Positions 1 through 12,349 of a stretch of DNA of 64,000 bases are shown piece after piece. The translations under genes were made by a program, and so were the position numbers. The first letter of the stretch is position 1. Each line of letters begins with the position of its first letter. Below the pieces are notes generated by a model, which did not search any database, was not told the DNA's origin, and saw nothing but the letters and a program-made list of their open reading frames with translations. This DNA is from Vicugna vicugna (taxonomy: Eukaryota), in assembly GCA_013265495.1 (NCBI GenBank), contig MU057887.1:2017576-2081575 (forward strand), read 5' to 3'.

Positions 1-300
1 GTCTTACTTCATATTATATGTCGGGTGTGACCTGCCTGTGGCTCTGCTCCTTGTATCTTCTCTCTTCTGGGAACCAGGTAGAGGGAGGAGTTATTTGTTC
101 GGGTTTTCCATTCTTAAAGCAGAGGGAAAAGTGCGAAGGGCTGATGGAAACATGCAGTGTCCTTAAAGCTCTCTGCTCAAGTTTAATGGGTAAAGCAAGT
201 GACGTGGCCCACAGGGTGGGGGGTGGAATACATCCCCCCTCCCCTGGGGAGACACCACAGGTCACATGGTGACAGGGATAACTGTGACAACTTGGAAAAC
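1..300 (-). mobile_element. Old MaLR LTR fragment (MLT1I/J/K-like)
   Basis: Contains cttaaagctctctgctcaag...aaagcaagtgacgtggccc, resembling the reverse complement of the MLT1 ggccatgtgacttgctttgg block; truncated by the window edge. Confidence 0.55.
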
Positions 301-659
301 ATGACTTGATCTACAGCAGAACCCAAGGAATGCTCCCCAGGTGGTGAGGAGCAGGGCCAGGAGGCAGCTGGAAGGTCCACGGGGGTGGTTTGGGCACAGT
401 GTGGGTCTGGGATGCAAACGAATTCTGACCCCACGATCCTGTGGCTACAGAAAAGGCAGGAAGGGCCACGTCAGGAAGCCCACAGCACTTCAGAGCGTAG
501 GCACCACTGCTGGGGCCCTTCCCAATGGCCTGTAACCTGGCATGGAGACTTCTGTGTAAGGACAGGAGCTGTGTCTCATGGGGACAGTCTGGATGGGACA
601 GCTGGAGGAGATGGCGGGCCGTGGAGCAACAGGCCAGCCTGCTGGGGCAACTCATCCTG

Positions 660-1100
660 ATTTATTGGGTCAGTCGGGGTTCTTCAGAGAAACGGAACCA
701 ATGAGAGAATGAGAATGAGAGAGAGAGGGAGGGAGGGAGAGATTTATTTTAAGGAACTGGCTCACATTATTAAGGAAGGTGGTAAATCCAAAATATGCAG
801 GGTGGGCGGGCAGGCTGGAGGCCCTGGGAGGAGCTGGTGTTGCAGCTCATGTTCAAAGCCCGTTTGCTGGCAGGGCTCCCTCTTAGTTGGAGGAGGTCAG
901 TCTTTGGTCCATTCGGGTCTTCCCCTGATTGGGCGAGGCCCACCCACATCGTGGACAGGCATCTGCTTCACTCAAATTTAAACATTAATTTAAATTTAAA
1001 TATTAATCTTGTCCAAAAGACACCATTGCTACCACACCCAGAATAGTGTCTGACCAAACATCTGGCCCAGCCACACGGACACACACCACTGACCACCACA
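660..1100 (-). mobile_element. ERVL MLT2 (MLT2B-like) solo LTR
   Basis: ggttcttcagagaaacggaaccaat + GA-rich tract + gagatttattttaaggaactggctcac...; ends gaccaccaca (reverse complement of the TGTG.. LTR start). Confidence 0.85.
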
Positions 1101-2879
1101 TTCAGGAAGCCAAGAGAGGCTGGCTGGGGGTGGGAGATGCTTTCCGTGAGCAGGTGAGGCTTGGAGCCAATGCGCTGAGCAGACTTCATCCACATCCAGC
1201 AGAGGGTGATGAGGGGGACATCTGATCTCTTACGGTCCCTTGTGTTGTTGGTCGGCCCTCCCTGCAGACCGAGGGCCCCTAGAGCCAGAGCCCACTCCTC
1301 CAGGGGACCCTGCAGGGGCTGGTCCAGGTCTGCACCCACACATGCTGCTACACGTTCTTGCAGATTTTCTTTGACTCGACTGTGTCCTGCTAGTGGCTAG
1401 AGGAGCCTGCTTTCGCTCCCCCTGCCCCTGTCACCTGGCTCGCTGTACACACACGTGTGGGGCACTGCTGGTGCAAGAGGCCAGCCAGGCCCCGAGGGAG
1501 GTGTCTGCTCGGAGCGGCACAGGCGCATGGGAGGGCGGGCCCAGGTCCCCTGCTAGTAGGCGTGCAGACCCGCTCCTGCCCCTGGACCTCCTGGCTCCTC
1601 TGCCAGACGTGATGCAGGAGCCACAGTCCTGCGGGGAGAGGAAGCCTGGGAGGGAGGAGCCACTTCTCTGCCCTTCATCGTTTGCACCCGTTCCCGCATC
1701 AGGGAGCGCAGTGGGAGGGAGCGTTGTATTCCTGAGTGCCGTTCACAGGAGGCTCCTGCGTGCTCAGAGCCACTCCGGCCTGTCCCCCACTTGTGAAGCG
1801 CTCCAGCCAGGCGTCCCAGGCTCTGCACAGTCGGTCACCCCCCATCCAGCCTGCATTTGGGCTGTCCCGCCGTCTCCTGCTCTAGGTCCCCCACTGTCAT
1901 GAATGAAATGCTTTGCTTCCCCCGCTGTCACCGGGGTTCTCCCCTTGGTCTGGGAAATTCTCTTCTTTCCTCTACCTGACGAAATCCTATTAACTTCTGT
2001 GAGCGTGAATCCAGTCTCCTTGAGGAAGCCTTCTATGAACGCCCAGGCTGGACTGAGTGTCTTTCTCTGAGCCCCAGGGACGCCCTGACCTTCCTCAACG
2101 GTGCCTGAATGTGCTGCGCTTCCGCGGTTTACATGTGTCCTCACCGGGGCGTGGGGGCTGGGAGCTGTGCGTGGCTCTCGGTTCCCGTCCCAGGTCTGCA
2201 GTGTCCCAGGCACTCCAGAGCTGACTGCGGGAGGGGACGGTGGTCCCGCCCTATGCGGGACAGGAGGGCGGGCTGCCCACAGGGGTCGCGTCCTCTCCCT
2301 CCCAGGAGCCGCTTCCACGGCTGTGAAGAGCCCCAGATGCTGAAGCAGCACGGTGAGAGCCGATGGTACCGGCCAGGGGTGCTCGACACCACGGCGGCGG
2401 GGCCCTGCGGGGGTATTTATTTGTCTCATAACCGCAGAAATGGAATCCTGTTTCCTCGCTTACATTTATGAGTAAAGTGTCCTCTTAGGTTGTTCAAAAA
2501 AGCAAGTTTTAGACCATTAAGGGTTTTTTTTTATTTTACCTTTTATGGGAGTTTAAATAACCAGGTGAGCTTGAGCACAGCGCGGGTGATCATGAGGCAG
2601 TAAAAGGCGTTTAGTGTGCTCTCGGGGCCGGCAGCGGGGGCCGGCAGCCAGCGGGAGAGGCAGCCTGCCGGCATCGACTCGGAGCGCAGCGTTTATCTAA
2701 CCTTTCCTCTTAATGGAGTAACTCGTGGAAACGAGAGGATGGAGGCGAGGAGCTCGCACGCTGGCTGCGGTGATTCTCCAGGGCAGGGCAGGGCAGGGCA
2801 GCCCCAGCCGTGGACGCCCCCCCCCCCGCCGTGCTGCACGGAGCGGCGTCCTCCTGCGGCCGACCGGGGAGCAGGCACG

Positions 2880-3062
2880 GGTGGGTGCCGGGGGTCTGGG
2901 ATTCGAATCCCAGCTTCCCAGCAGCTGACCTTGAAGTCCCCCGCATCTCAGCGCGACGGGAATGAGAGTAGCTCTCTCAGGTGTGTTACGACAGGTGGAT
3001 GGGCCAATGAATATAAAGTTGCCCTGACAGTGAATACAATTATAGAAATGTTAACTATTTCT
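2880..3062 (+). mobile_element. MIR SINE relic
   Basis: gggattcgaatcccagcttcc...gctgaccttg...gggaatgagagtagctctctcaggtgtgtt...tataaagt...acagtg...aaatgttaactatt follows the MIR layout. Confidence 0.65.
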
Positions 3063-3900
3063 TAAAATGGCATTTTATCACATCCTTCACCAATACTTAC
3101 ACTGCTGGAGAAGAGGGAAGGGATGGAGTTGAGGACAGCTATGCTTGGAGCCTGGACAAAAAATACAGGGTCATAAGCGCATCCCACTTTGCTGCAGTCT
3201 GCTTTTCCCCTTTGCGTGAACAGTTCCCTGGTTTCTTTATGATGCTAACACCTGCTCTGACATCCCGGCGGCTGCAGTCATCTTGCGTTCCCCTTAGAGA
3301 GCTGGAGAGGCGTCCTCACCTTTACCTCTTTACTGCGCAGACGCCATGCACCTGCGGCGCTTGGCTTGTGCTGATGACGATCCTGGTGAGGACACAGACA
3401 TCTGAATGATGAACTTGCACCCGAGGTGTAGGAGCGCCCGGACCCACTTGGGACGGTGCAGGGCGATGTAAGGGCACTGCCTGCCACGAGCTGCAAGGCT
3501 CGCAGAAAGACGGGAAGAGCTCTGGGTGATGCATCCAAAAGCAAACTTCAGATCTCCTTTGCTCTCCTTGCTGGGGGGGACCCCGACTGTCTCTTGTGTT
3601 GGGGGATGTTGTGATGACGGAAGGGAGGGCTAGACTGGGAGGCAATTAAGAAGAAGGTGGGGAGTGGGTATACTGGGATGGTGAGAGCCTTGTGTGGGAG
3701 ATGCTGAGATGGCGAGAAGGATGTGTGAATGGACAGCAGGAGGAGATGAGTGGGTTCTTCACCACACACTTTACGCCAAGACGAATTGCTCTGTGCCAGA
3801 GCTCCGTGCCAAATCCTGGAGATGTACAAGAAGTCAGTTTCATGGGCCCCTGTTTTGTCGTGGTAAGTCACATAGCAGTTGTCAACACTCCATTCGTTCA

Positions 3901-4215
3901 TTTTTTAAATTGAAGTACAGTCGGTTTACAATGTTGTGTCACTTTCTGGTGTACAGCACAGTGCCCCAGCCACACGTGAGTATACGTATGTCCGTGTTCA
4001 CATTCCTTTTCACCGCAGGCTGCCACAAGATATCGAATATAGTTCCCTGGGCGACACAGCACAAGCCTGTCCGTCTGTCTTATGCACACCAGTCAGTATC
4101 TGCAAATCTCGAACTCCCAATCCACCCCCCACACCCGCTTCCACCTTGGCAACCACAAGCCTGTTCTCTATGTCTGTGAGTCCGCCTCTGTCCTACAAAC
4201 CAGCTCATGTGTCTG
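3901..4215 (-). mobile_element. 5'-truncated L1 3' end (L1_Art/L1MA-like)
   Basis: ttttttaaattgaagtacagtcggtttacaatgttgtg...ctggtgtacagcacagtg...caagatatcgaatatagttccctg, the typical antisense L1 3'UTR. Confidence 0.85.
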
Positions 4216-4745
4216 TTATTCATTCTTCTAACACGTGTTTGCTAGGTCCTGCCCCTGCCTGGCAATCGCTGGCCAGTGGGACACAAAGATGGAGACGTGA
4301 CTGATACTTACTTGTGAACAAATAATTTAAGTAAAATATGATAAGCGTTCTAAACCAGTTATAAGCAGGGGCTAGTGATGTGGACACAAAGGGCATTTAT
4401 TCATTTGATGCTTGCTGAGCACGTACTGTGCTCTCAGGAAGACAGACACCATCCCTGACCTCATGTGTACAGTCTAGCAAAGGAACAAAATATACAGCAG
4501 GAGGGTGAGATGTATTTCAGTAGAAGGCCAGGGTAAGGAAGGGGAACAAGCTGGGGTGACTTCCAGGTGGAGTGGCTGAGATTGTCTTTGTGAGAAGAGG
4601 GCTATGGTAAAGATCTCAGGCAAGTGAGAGAGTGAGGCAAAGGGATACTTGAGAGAGAAGTGTTCCAGGTGGGGAGACAGCAAGTGCAAAGGTCCTGAGG
4701 TGGGAGTGTGCCTGCGGGCCTGAGGCAAACCAAAGGGACCAGTGT
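4215..4745 (-). mobile_element. L2 relics (left part, interrupted by ERV1 LTR)
   Basis: ttattcatt...gctgagcacgtactgtgc...ccctgacctcatg; gttccaggtggggagacagcaagtgcaaaggtcctgaggtgggagtgtgcctg...gaccagtgt matches antisense L2. Confidence 0.7.
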
Positions 4746-5391
4746 TGTTACAGCAGGCAGGTAGCTAGAAACGAGTAGAGAAAGGCGGGCACAGACCAAA
4801 TGGCAGGACCTGGGCAGAAAGGAGGAGCACAAGCCACGTGCAGGAGAGCACACATCTGTAAGCACCAGGGGTCCCTGGGCAGAGACAGAGAAGCAGGAAC
4901 CTTGGGGCTGATAAGTGGTCACAGCTTTTGGGGTGATGAGTGGCCTGGAGACAAACTACGAAAGGTAAGAAAAGGCAGCAGTCTCCAGTGTCCGAATGTA
5001 ACCTTTCTGCTCATTATGCCCTCATTTCGATAAAAGTAGCCTTGCAGATCAGAAGTACCCATCAGGCACCGATGCCATGACACTTCCGATCCAGACCAAA
5101 TAAGGACAGAAATCCCTCCTCCCTTTGGGAAGGTGGAGTTGGGGTGAAAATCAGGGAACACGACCCCAAACTCTTCCCGCCCCAGTGAATATTCCGCCCA
5201 TTCATTTTTACACCCTGTGTAACTAACCTGCCGAAGAAACACAGGGCAGCCGCTCACCCGAGCCTGCCCGCTCTCCGCTTGAGAGGGTTAGTAAATCTTC
5301 ACTTTACTTTTTTTAACCATTACGTCTTATCTCTGAATTTTTTCTGCGATGATATGAGAACCCGGAACACCAACTGCATCTACTGGCAACA
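4746..5391 (+). mobile_element. ERV1-class solo LTR with 4-bp TSD
   Basis: Starts TGTTACAG (4746), ends GGCAACA (5391); GTGT flanks both sides (4742-4745, 5392-5395); U5-like tctgaatttt...gagaacccgg; L2 sequence resumes across it. Confidence 0.85.
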
Positions 5392-5570
5392 GTGTGACTG
5401 AGCACAATGGGGGTGGGGCGGAGCAGGAGGAGGTGGGGTCAGAGAGACTGTGAGGGGCCAGGCCACGGCGGGGGGGGTCTTTGAGGTAGGGTTCACCATA
5501 AGTGCTTTTGAAGCACTGGTGGCTTTGAGCAGAAGAACGATGCCATGTGAGTCAAGGGTTTTAAAGTCTC
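5392..5570 (-). mobile_element. L2 relic (right part after LTR)
   Basis: gtgtgactgagcac...ggggtcagagag...ggctttgagcagaagaacgatg...gggttttaaag continues antisense L2. Confidence 0.6.
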
Positions 5571-5798
5571 GCCGTGACCACACAGCTGATACTGCATGGC
5601 GTTTCATGATCCAGTTGTGCCCACTCCCTTGGCTGTACCCTCAACTCTCTTGCCCCTCTTTCGTTTCATCATCCTCACTTGGGCCAAACCACATCTCTGA
5701 TCATCTCCAACTATATACCTACTCACCTGCACCTGCTCAGGTGAGTGTAGCTGGAGAAAAATGCAGCACCATGCTGAAAGGTCTCATTTTAAATTCTT

Positions 5799-5931
5799 TT
5801 TAAAATTAAAGTACAGTCAGTTACAATGTTTCAGTTTCTGGCATGTAGCACAATGTCCCAGTCATGGAAATATATATAGATTTTTTTCATATTCTTTTTT
5901 ATTAAAGGTTATTACAAGATATTGAATATAG
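5799..5931 (-). mobile_element. Very short L1 3' end with 15-bp TSD
   Basis: aaattaaagtacagtcagttacaatgtttcagtttctgg...caagatattgaatatag; TSD tcattttaaattctt (5784-5798) / tcactttaaactctt (5932-5946). Confidence 0.8.
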
Positions 5932-7691
5932 TCACTTTAAACTCTTGATCCCTACCTTTAAGTGGGCTCTTGAAACTGCCCAGAAATTTCCACCACATTT
6001 TCCAGTCCATTCTCTCTCCTGCTTTCCTAGATGACTTTCCCTCCTCTTTCCTCCTCACATTCCCAACACCTCCTGGCTCCCCCTCTCATCCTAGGGCCTT
6101 GCTTAGTATTGCACTTTAAATACATGCTCCCATGGACAGTTCTCCAAAGAAATATTATTTGCCTTAGTATATTCTCACTTAACTTTTAAACCAGCAGGTA
6201 GGAGGGAGAAAAAAAAACCCACAAGGCAATTCCAAATCTACTATGATAGCTGTGCTCAATCTAATTGCAATGAAATTGTAGCTGATTTAATTATCGGCAT
6301 TTGGAAAAATAAATTTTGCTTGATACATATGTGTTACATGGAGATCCAAAAGAGCTCCAAATTCCAGTAAGTGATTAGTTCATTATGTAGACTAATTGCT
6401 TTTACAGTTATAAATAAATTCAGAACATCACAGACCTAAAGCAGACACCTGTGCGCTAATTGCTTTTCTGAGAGCTGTTTCCATGGCTGCAGAGCAGACG
6501 TTCCACCACCCACAGACAGGATGGTACAGGTGGATCCCATAGACATATTTCAGAGAGGGCACACTCACGCCAGGGCTTTGCAACAACAGGCTCCAGCACT
6601 GCAAGTCTCTGGACAGCTCCACCCCAAAGACTCTGCACTAACTCAGGATTCCAGAAGCATGCTAATTAGGTCCGGAAAGGACGTAGGGAAAAAAAAGCGC
6701 TGGTGAGGACACTGGGCCTCAGAGACTTTAAGTAGCATCCTCAATCCCCCACGGTAGATAAGGCAACAAAGTGGAGCTGGCGCCCTGGCTCACTTGAACC
6801 CAAATTCTTAGCTTTTTTCCTGTACAATGGCAATTGGTGGAAACAATGCTTCCTGGGGAACATTTTTAAAAGAAACTAATGACCAAAACTCTGGATGCTT
6901 TAGTTAAATATGTGCATTTTAAAAGGCTTGCTTCTGCCTGAATTTGCATAATGGTCTTTTCCCACAGGCCAAAGTTACCTTTTACTCTGTTTAATAGACT
7001 CAATGTTGCATTATTAAGAACCATATGCAAAATGATGACCTCAGGAAGCTCCTCTCCCCAACATGACTTCTTCCCTGATCACTCACCTGTGACCTCTGTG
7101 GCCCAGTCAGCCTCCTGATGGGGCTGTAAGTGTTTCTTTGGTCCAGGTGTCTAAATGGAGCCTCATTACCTGATGAATCCCCAGGGCTGGGAGAAGAAAG
7201 CCTGAATGGTGTAGAAATGACCTTCCTTTCTGAGCCTTGAGCACACACAAGCCCTTTCATCAGAATTTAGCACAAGCAAGACCATTTCTTTTCCTTTCCT
7301 TTTCCTTTTTATTTTGAAACAATCTCAAACTTGCGAGAAAAAAGTTGCAAAAATAGTGCCCATCACTGGAAGACCCTACTCAAGTTTCACCAGTTGTCCC
7401 AACGATGCCCTTTAATAGCAGAAGAACCCAATTCAGGACCACTCATCACAGCCTCTTACAATCTCTCTTTAGGATCTTTCTGGAATAGTTCCTTGACTTT
7501 CATGACCTTGGTATGTTTTCAGACGACAGGCTGGTCATTTTGTAGTATGTCCATTAATTTGGGGTTGTCTGATGGTTCCCTATGATTGGACCCAGGTTAC
7601 GTATCTTTATCCAGAATATTACACACACTCTGCTGTGTACGTCTCATTACATCTTATCAGGTGTCATGTTATCGATGATAACTTTCATCAC

Positions 7692-8220
7692 TGTTGCAGT
7701 TAGCTATTGCTGTGTGACAAACAACCCCAGCACTTAGCAGCGTAAAACAACCATTGTATAAGCTTGATGGTTTCTGTGTATTGGGACTTCAGGGAAGCCT
7801 CAGCTGGGAGTTCAGATTTGGGATCTCTTATGTGGTGACAGTGAGAGATGGCTACAACTGGTGGCTGGACCTTTCTCCCTCTCTTGCTTCCTATAGTCTT
7901 AGGGCCACTCCATGCAGGCCAGTTTAGACTTTCCCAGAGCATGCCATTCCAGGGCTGTTGGACTCCTGACAGGGCACCTGGCTTCCTCAGAGTGCATGTT
8001 CTAAGAACACAAGGTCGAAGTGCATAGCATTTTGATGACCTAGCCTCAGGTGTCACACTTCCACCATATTCTGTTGGCCGAGGAAGTCACTAGACCAATC
8101 CATGTTCAAAGGGAGGGGACAGACCTCACCCTGCGATGGGGGAGTGTCAGGTCCTGCAAGAAGGGCAGGTAGGATGGGAGATACTGTAAAAGGCATCTTT
8201 GGAAAATACAATCTGTCACA
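7692..8220 (-). mobile_element. MaLR solo LTR (MLT1H/F-like)
   Basis: Begins tgttgcagttagctattgctgtgtgacaaacaacccc (reverse complement of MLT1 3' end) and ends catctttggaaaatacaatctgtcaca. Confidence 0.85.
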
Positions 8221-8454
8221 TTATTTGATTGAGACAGTATCTGTCAGGCTTCTTTTCTGTTAGGTTACTGCTTTTTTTTTTCCTGGTTTGTTTTTGCAGT
8301 TTATAAGTATTTGGGAGATACTGTGAGATTGTATGAAATAATATTCCTCATTCCATTTTCACCTATTAGTTTTATCATGTCTTGATAGCTCTTATTTGAA
8401 TTACTTATTTCTGTATAGGTCGATAAGTGACAATTTTTAAATTTTATCATTTTC

Positions 8455-8615
8455 TACTTCATTTACTTATTCATAGTAAAGTATAGTTGACTTACAATAT
8501 TATATTAGTTTCAGGTGTTCAACATAGTGATAATGATTCAATATTTTTATAGATTATACTCCGTTTAAAATTATTGCAAAATAATGGTTGTATTCCCTTG
8601 TGCTATACAATACAG
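8455..8615 (-). mobile_element. Short L1 3' end
   Basis: aaagtatagttgacttacaatattatattagtttcaggtgttcaacatagtga...tattcccttgtgctatacaata. Confidence 0.75.
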
Positions 8616-8865
8616 CAGTGTGGCTCTGCATTTATTGTTAGCATTCTTCTATAAGACATAAAATTCCCTGCTCCATAATAATCGATTAACTAATTGGTAT
8701 GAGTGTAATAGATGTTGACATATACTTGGTATATACTGATAACATGAGCTCAGAAGTTCCTGTGCTGTTCAAAGGATTCTAATATGTCATGATCAGAATT
8801 TACTATGATGCTGAGATGTTCTCAGATTTAGCCTGTAAGAACCTCTTCTGGCTTTTGTGTCTTTT

Positions 8866-11800
8866 TTTTTTTTAAAAAACAGCTGGATTGAAATGTAACT
8901 GAATATTACAAAATAAAGCTGCTATGAACCCCCATGCACAGGTATTTGCATGGACCCACGCTTGCCTTATCCCTTCGGCAAATACCTAGGGGTGACTGAC
9001 AGGATCGTACGGTCCACGTGAGTTCAACACTTTCAGAAATGTCAGTTTTCCATGGTTCCCAGTTTCTGCTTCTAGAGGCTGTGGTTTCTCACAGCACCCT
9101 CTGCGCTTGGGAAGGTCACTCTTCTTACATTTAGCCCTTCTGGCATGCGCAGAGCGGTATCTCCTTGAGGTTTTGATTTGCATTTCCCTGATGACAGTAA
9201 TTCTGAGCATCTTTTTATGTGCGTAGCTGCTAGCTGTATTTTCTTCCATGAAGTGTGTGTGTCTGTTCTTGATGTCTCAGCCTTCTAAAAAAATTAAGTT
9301 GTTCACATTCTTGAGTTTTGAAAATTCTCTACATTGTCTGGATACATGTCTTTTGTCTGACACATGATTTGCAAATATTTTCTCCAAGTCTGTGGCTTTC
9401 CTTTCCATCCCCTTAAAAGTTTTTTTCAAAAAGCAGAAAATTTAATTTTCTTTTTTCTTTTTTAGATTTAACTTTTGGCACCATATCAAAGAAAACTTAG
9501 CCTAATTTAAGGCCACAAGGTTTTTTTGTTTTTTTTTTTTGCTTCTAGAAGTTTTATAGTTTTCAGTGGCACATTGAGTTAATTTTAGTACGTGGTGAGA
9601 GGTATAGATTGAAGCACATTTCTTGCATATGCATATCCATTTGTTCTAGCGCCATTTGTGAGAACAGTTATCCTTCTCCACTGCACTGCCTTTACATCTT
9701 TAAAAACACTTGGTGGCCCACATATGTGTGGGTCTGTTGGGCCTATTTCTGGACCCTGTTCTGTCCCATTGATCTGTTTTCTTCTAATTTGCTGCCAATA
9801 CCAGCTTGTCCTGGTTATCATCATAAGTCTTGCGATCAGGGAATTTTAGTTGTCCTATTTTTGTTCTTGTTTTCCTTTGTTTAGTTGTTCAACAGTCTTT
9901 GAATTTTTATAGAAATTTTAGAACAGATTGTTAACTTCTATGAAAAAAAACTGCTATAAAAATTTTTTGAATTGTCTTAAACCTACAGATCAATTTGGGA
10001 AGGACTGACATCTTAACAGTATCGAGTCTTTCAATGAATTAGCAGGGCATATCTTATGTAATTTGTCTTCTTTAATTTCTCCTGGCAATGTTTTGTAGTT
10101 TGCAGTTTATAGATATTGTACATCTTTTGTCAGATTTATCCCTAAGTATTTCATATTTTATGCTATTGTAATTGTTATTGTTTTTAAAATTTTAAAATGT
10201 GATTGTTACTAATATGTAGATACACAGCTGACTTGTGTTTTGGTCTTGTGTCTAGTAACCTTGCTAACGTCATTCATTCTAGGGGTTCTTTTGCTTATAT
10301 TTCATCCAGTTTCCTACGTAGACAATCATGTTGTCTGCGAACAAAGACACTTTCACTTTACACCTTCCTTTTGTTTCTTTTACTTGTCTTATTTCACTAG
10401 CTAGTATCTCCAGTGGAAAGTAGACTGCAAGCCGTGAGAGCAGAAATCCTTGTATTGATGGTGTACTTGGTGGATATAGAATTCTGGATTGGCAGTTTTT
10501 TCTTTCAGTACTTTTCTCTGTCTTCTTGCTCACATCATCTTTGATGGGAAATTTCTTGCTTCCACCTTTTGTGAAGAGAAATTTGTCGTTATACTAACCT
10601 TTGCTCCTTTGTGTATGACGTGTCCTTCATCTCTGGCGGCTTTTTGAGTTTGATTATGATGTGCCTCGGTGTTGTTTTCTTCATCTTTCTTACACTTGGG
10701 GTTCATTGAGCTTCTTGGATCTGTGGGTTTATAGTTACAACACTTGGAATATCTCTGAAAATATTTCTTTCTCCCTCCCTCCCCCAGCATCCTCTTTCTC
10801 AGAACCTGAAACAAATTAGGCGGATTGAGGCTGTCCCAAATCTCACTGATGCTCGGTTCACTTTCTAAAAGTTCTTTTTCTCCCCACTGTGTTTTATTTT
10901 GGGTAGTTTCTGTGGCTGTATCTTCAAGTTTACTAATCTTTCCTTCTGCCTTTAATCTTACCCAGTGTATTTTTCATCTTATGCTTTGTAGTTTCATCTC
11001 TAAATGTTCAATTTGGGACATTTTGTTTTCCATCTTTCATGAACATATGGGATTAGCTTCTTGAACATATGGAATGAAGTCATAATAACTGTTTTAATGT
11101 CCTTCTCTGCTGATTTTAATATCTGTGTCAGTTCTGGGTTAGTTTCAATTGATTATTCCCTTATCCTAGGTCATATTTTTCTACTTCTTTGCACGCCTGG
11201 TAATCTGGTTGGATGCCAAACGTTGTGAATTTTGCCTTGTTTGATGCTGGATAATTTGTACTCCTAGAAGCATTCTTGAGCTTTTTTTTTTTTATGGGAT
11301 GCAGTTAAGTTATTTGAAACAGTTTGGTCTTTTCAGGTCCTGCTTTTAAGATTTCTTTGGGAATTGAAGCAGTGTCCAATCCAGGGCATAATTTGTACTC
11401 CTAGAAATATTCTTGAGCTTTTTCTAAATGGGATGCAGTTAAGTTATTTGAAACAATTTGATCTTTCCAGGTCCTGCTTTTAAGATTTCTTTGGGAATTG
11501 AAGCAGTGTCCAATCCAGAGCTGTTTATTCTCTGCTGCTGGGGCAAGGCTCTCCTGAGTATCCCCCCAAAGTCTGGTGAAAGCTGACATTTTCCAGTCTG
11601 GCTTGTGGAGAGGCACCATTCCCAGTCCTGCGTGTGCACACTGGTCATTGTTACCTTTACTCCTCCTTCTCTGGTTTCAGGTTGTTCCCTCATATTTATG
11701 TGCCGATCAGTTTTCAGCCGACTGGTGGAGGGACCCTCTGCAGACCTCTGGAATTCCTCTCTGGGCATCTCCCTTCTCTCTGGTGCTCTGTCAAATGAAC

Positions 11801-12055
11801 GCTACCCTCCTTGGTTTCCCCAGACTGTCTGCTCTGTCTCCTCCACTCAGGGAGTGCCCCTGGGCTGGAAACTCCCTCCGGGTTGTAAACTGGGGAAATC
11901 CTAGGACCTCTCATTTGTTTTCCCTCCCTCAGTATCACTCACTGACATCAAGGCCTGATGTCTGAGGTCCTGCAAACCTTTATTTCATGTTTGTTGACCA
12001 TTTTTTACATTGTTTTTTGGGGCAGCATAAATTCAGTCCCTGGTAGCAAAAGTCA
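8866..12055 (-). mobile_element. L1 (L1MC/L1MD-like), 5'-to-3' span with large internal deletions, 14-bp TSD
   Basis: Poly-T then aataaagctgctatgaac..., catttccctgatgac, antisense ORF2, ORF1 (tatagaattctgg...) and a 5' end; TSD cttttgtgtctttt (8852-8865) / cttctgtgtctttt (12056-12069). Confidence 0.8.
11251..11521. repeat. Direct tandem duplication, ~137-bp unit x2
   Basis: ataatttgtactcctagaa...gtgtccaatccag[g/a]gc at 11251-11387 and 11388-11521; several substitutions and a different T-run length. Confidence 0.95.
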
Positions 12056-12349
12056 CTTCTGTGTCTTTTGTGACATGTCCGTGGCATTCTTTGACCCCTT
12101 CCTTGTGTTCTGGCCCATCAAGGTATTTAAGCCCCAATTTGTGCTTCCCCCGTCTCAGCCCTGGAATCGACCATTTCTCTGAGGAGCCCTGGTTCCTTTG
12201 GTGGAGAATGGTATTCAGACAAGATCTGGGCACAAAGTACGCTCATTGCTGCTGGAGTGTCACTGTCTTCAGCGACTCTCAGTGGAAAACAGTTTGGGGA
12301 TTGTGTGTATATATGCACTTACATCTGTTTTATCCCAATTTATACACAG

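Noticed and set aside
974..1009. 18-bp direct repeat aaatttaaa(c/t)attaat
   Set aside because: Small slippage duplication inside an MLT2 LTR; no regular spacers, so not CRISPR-like
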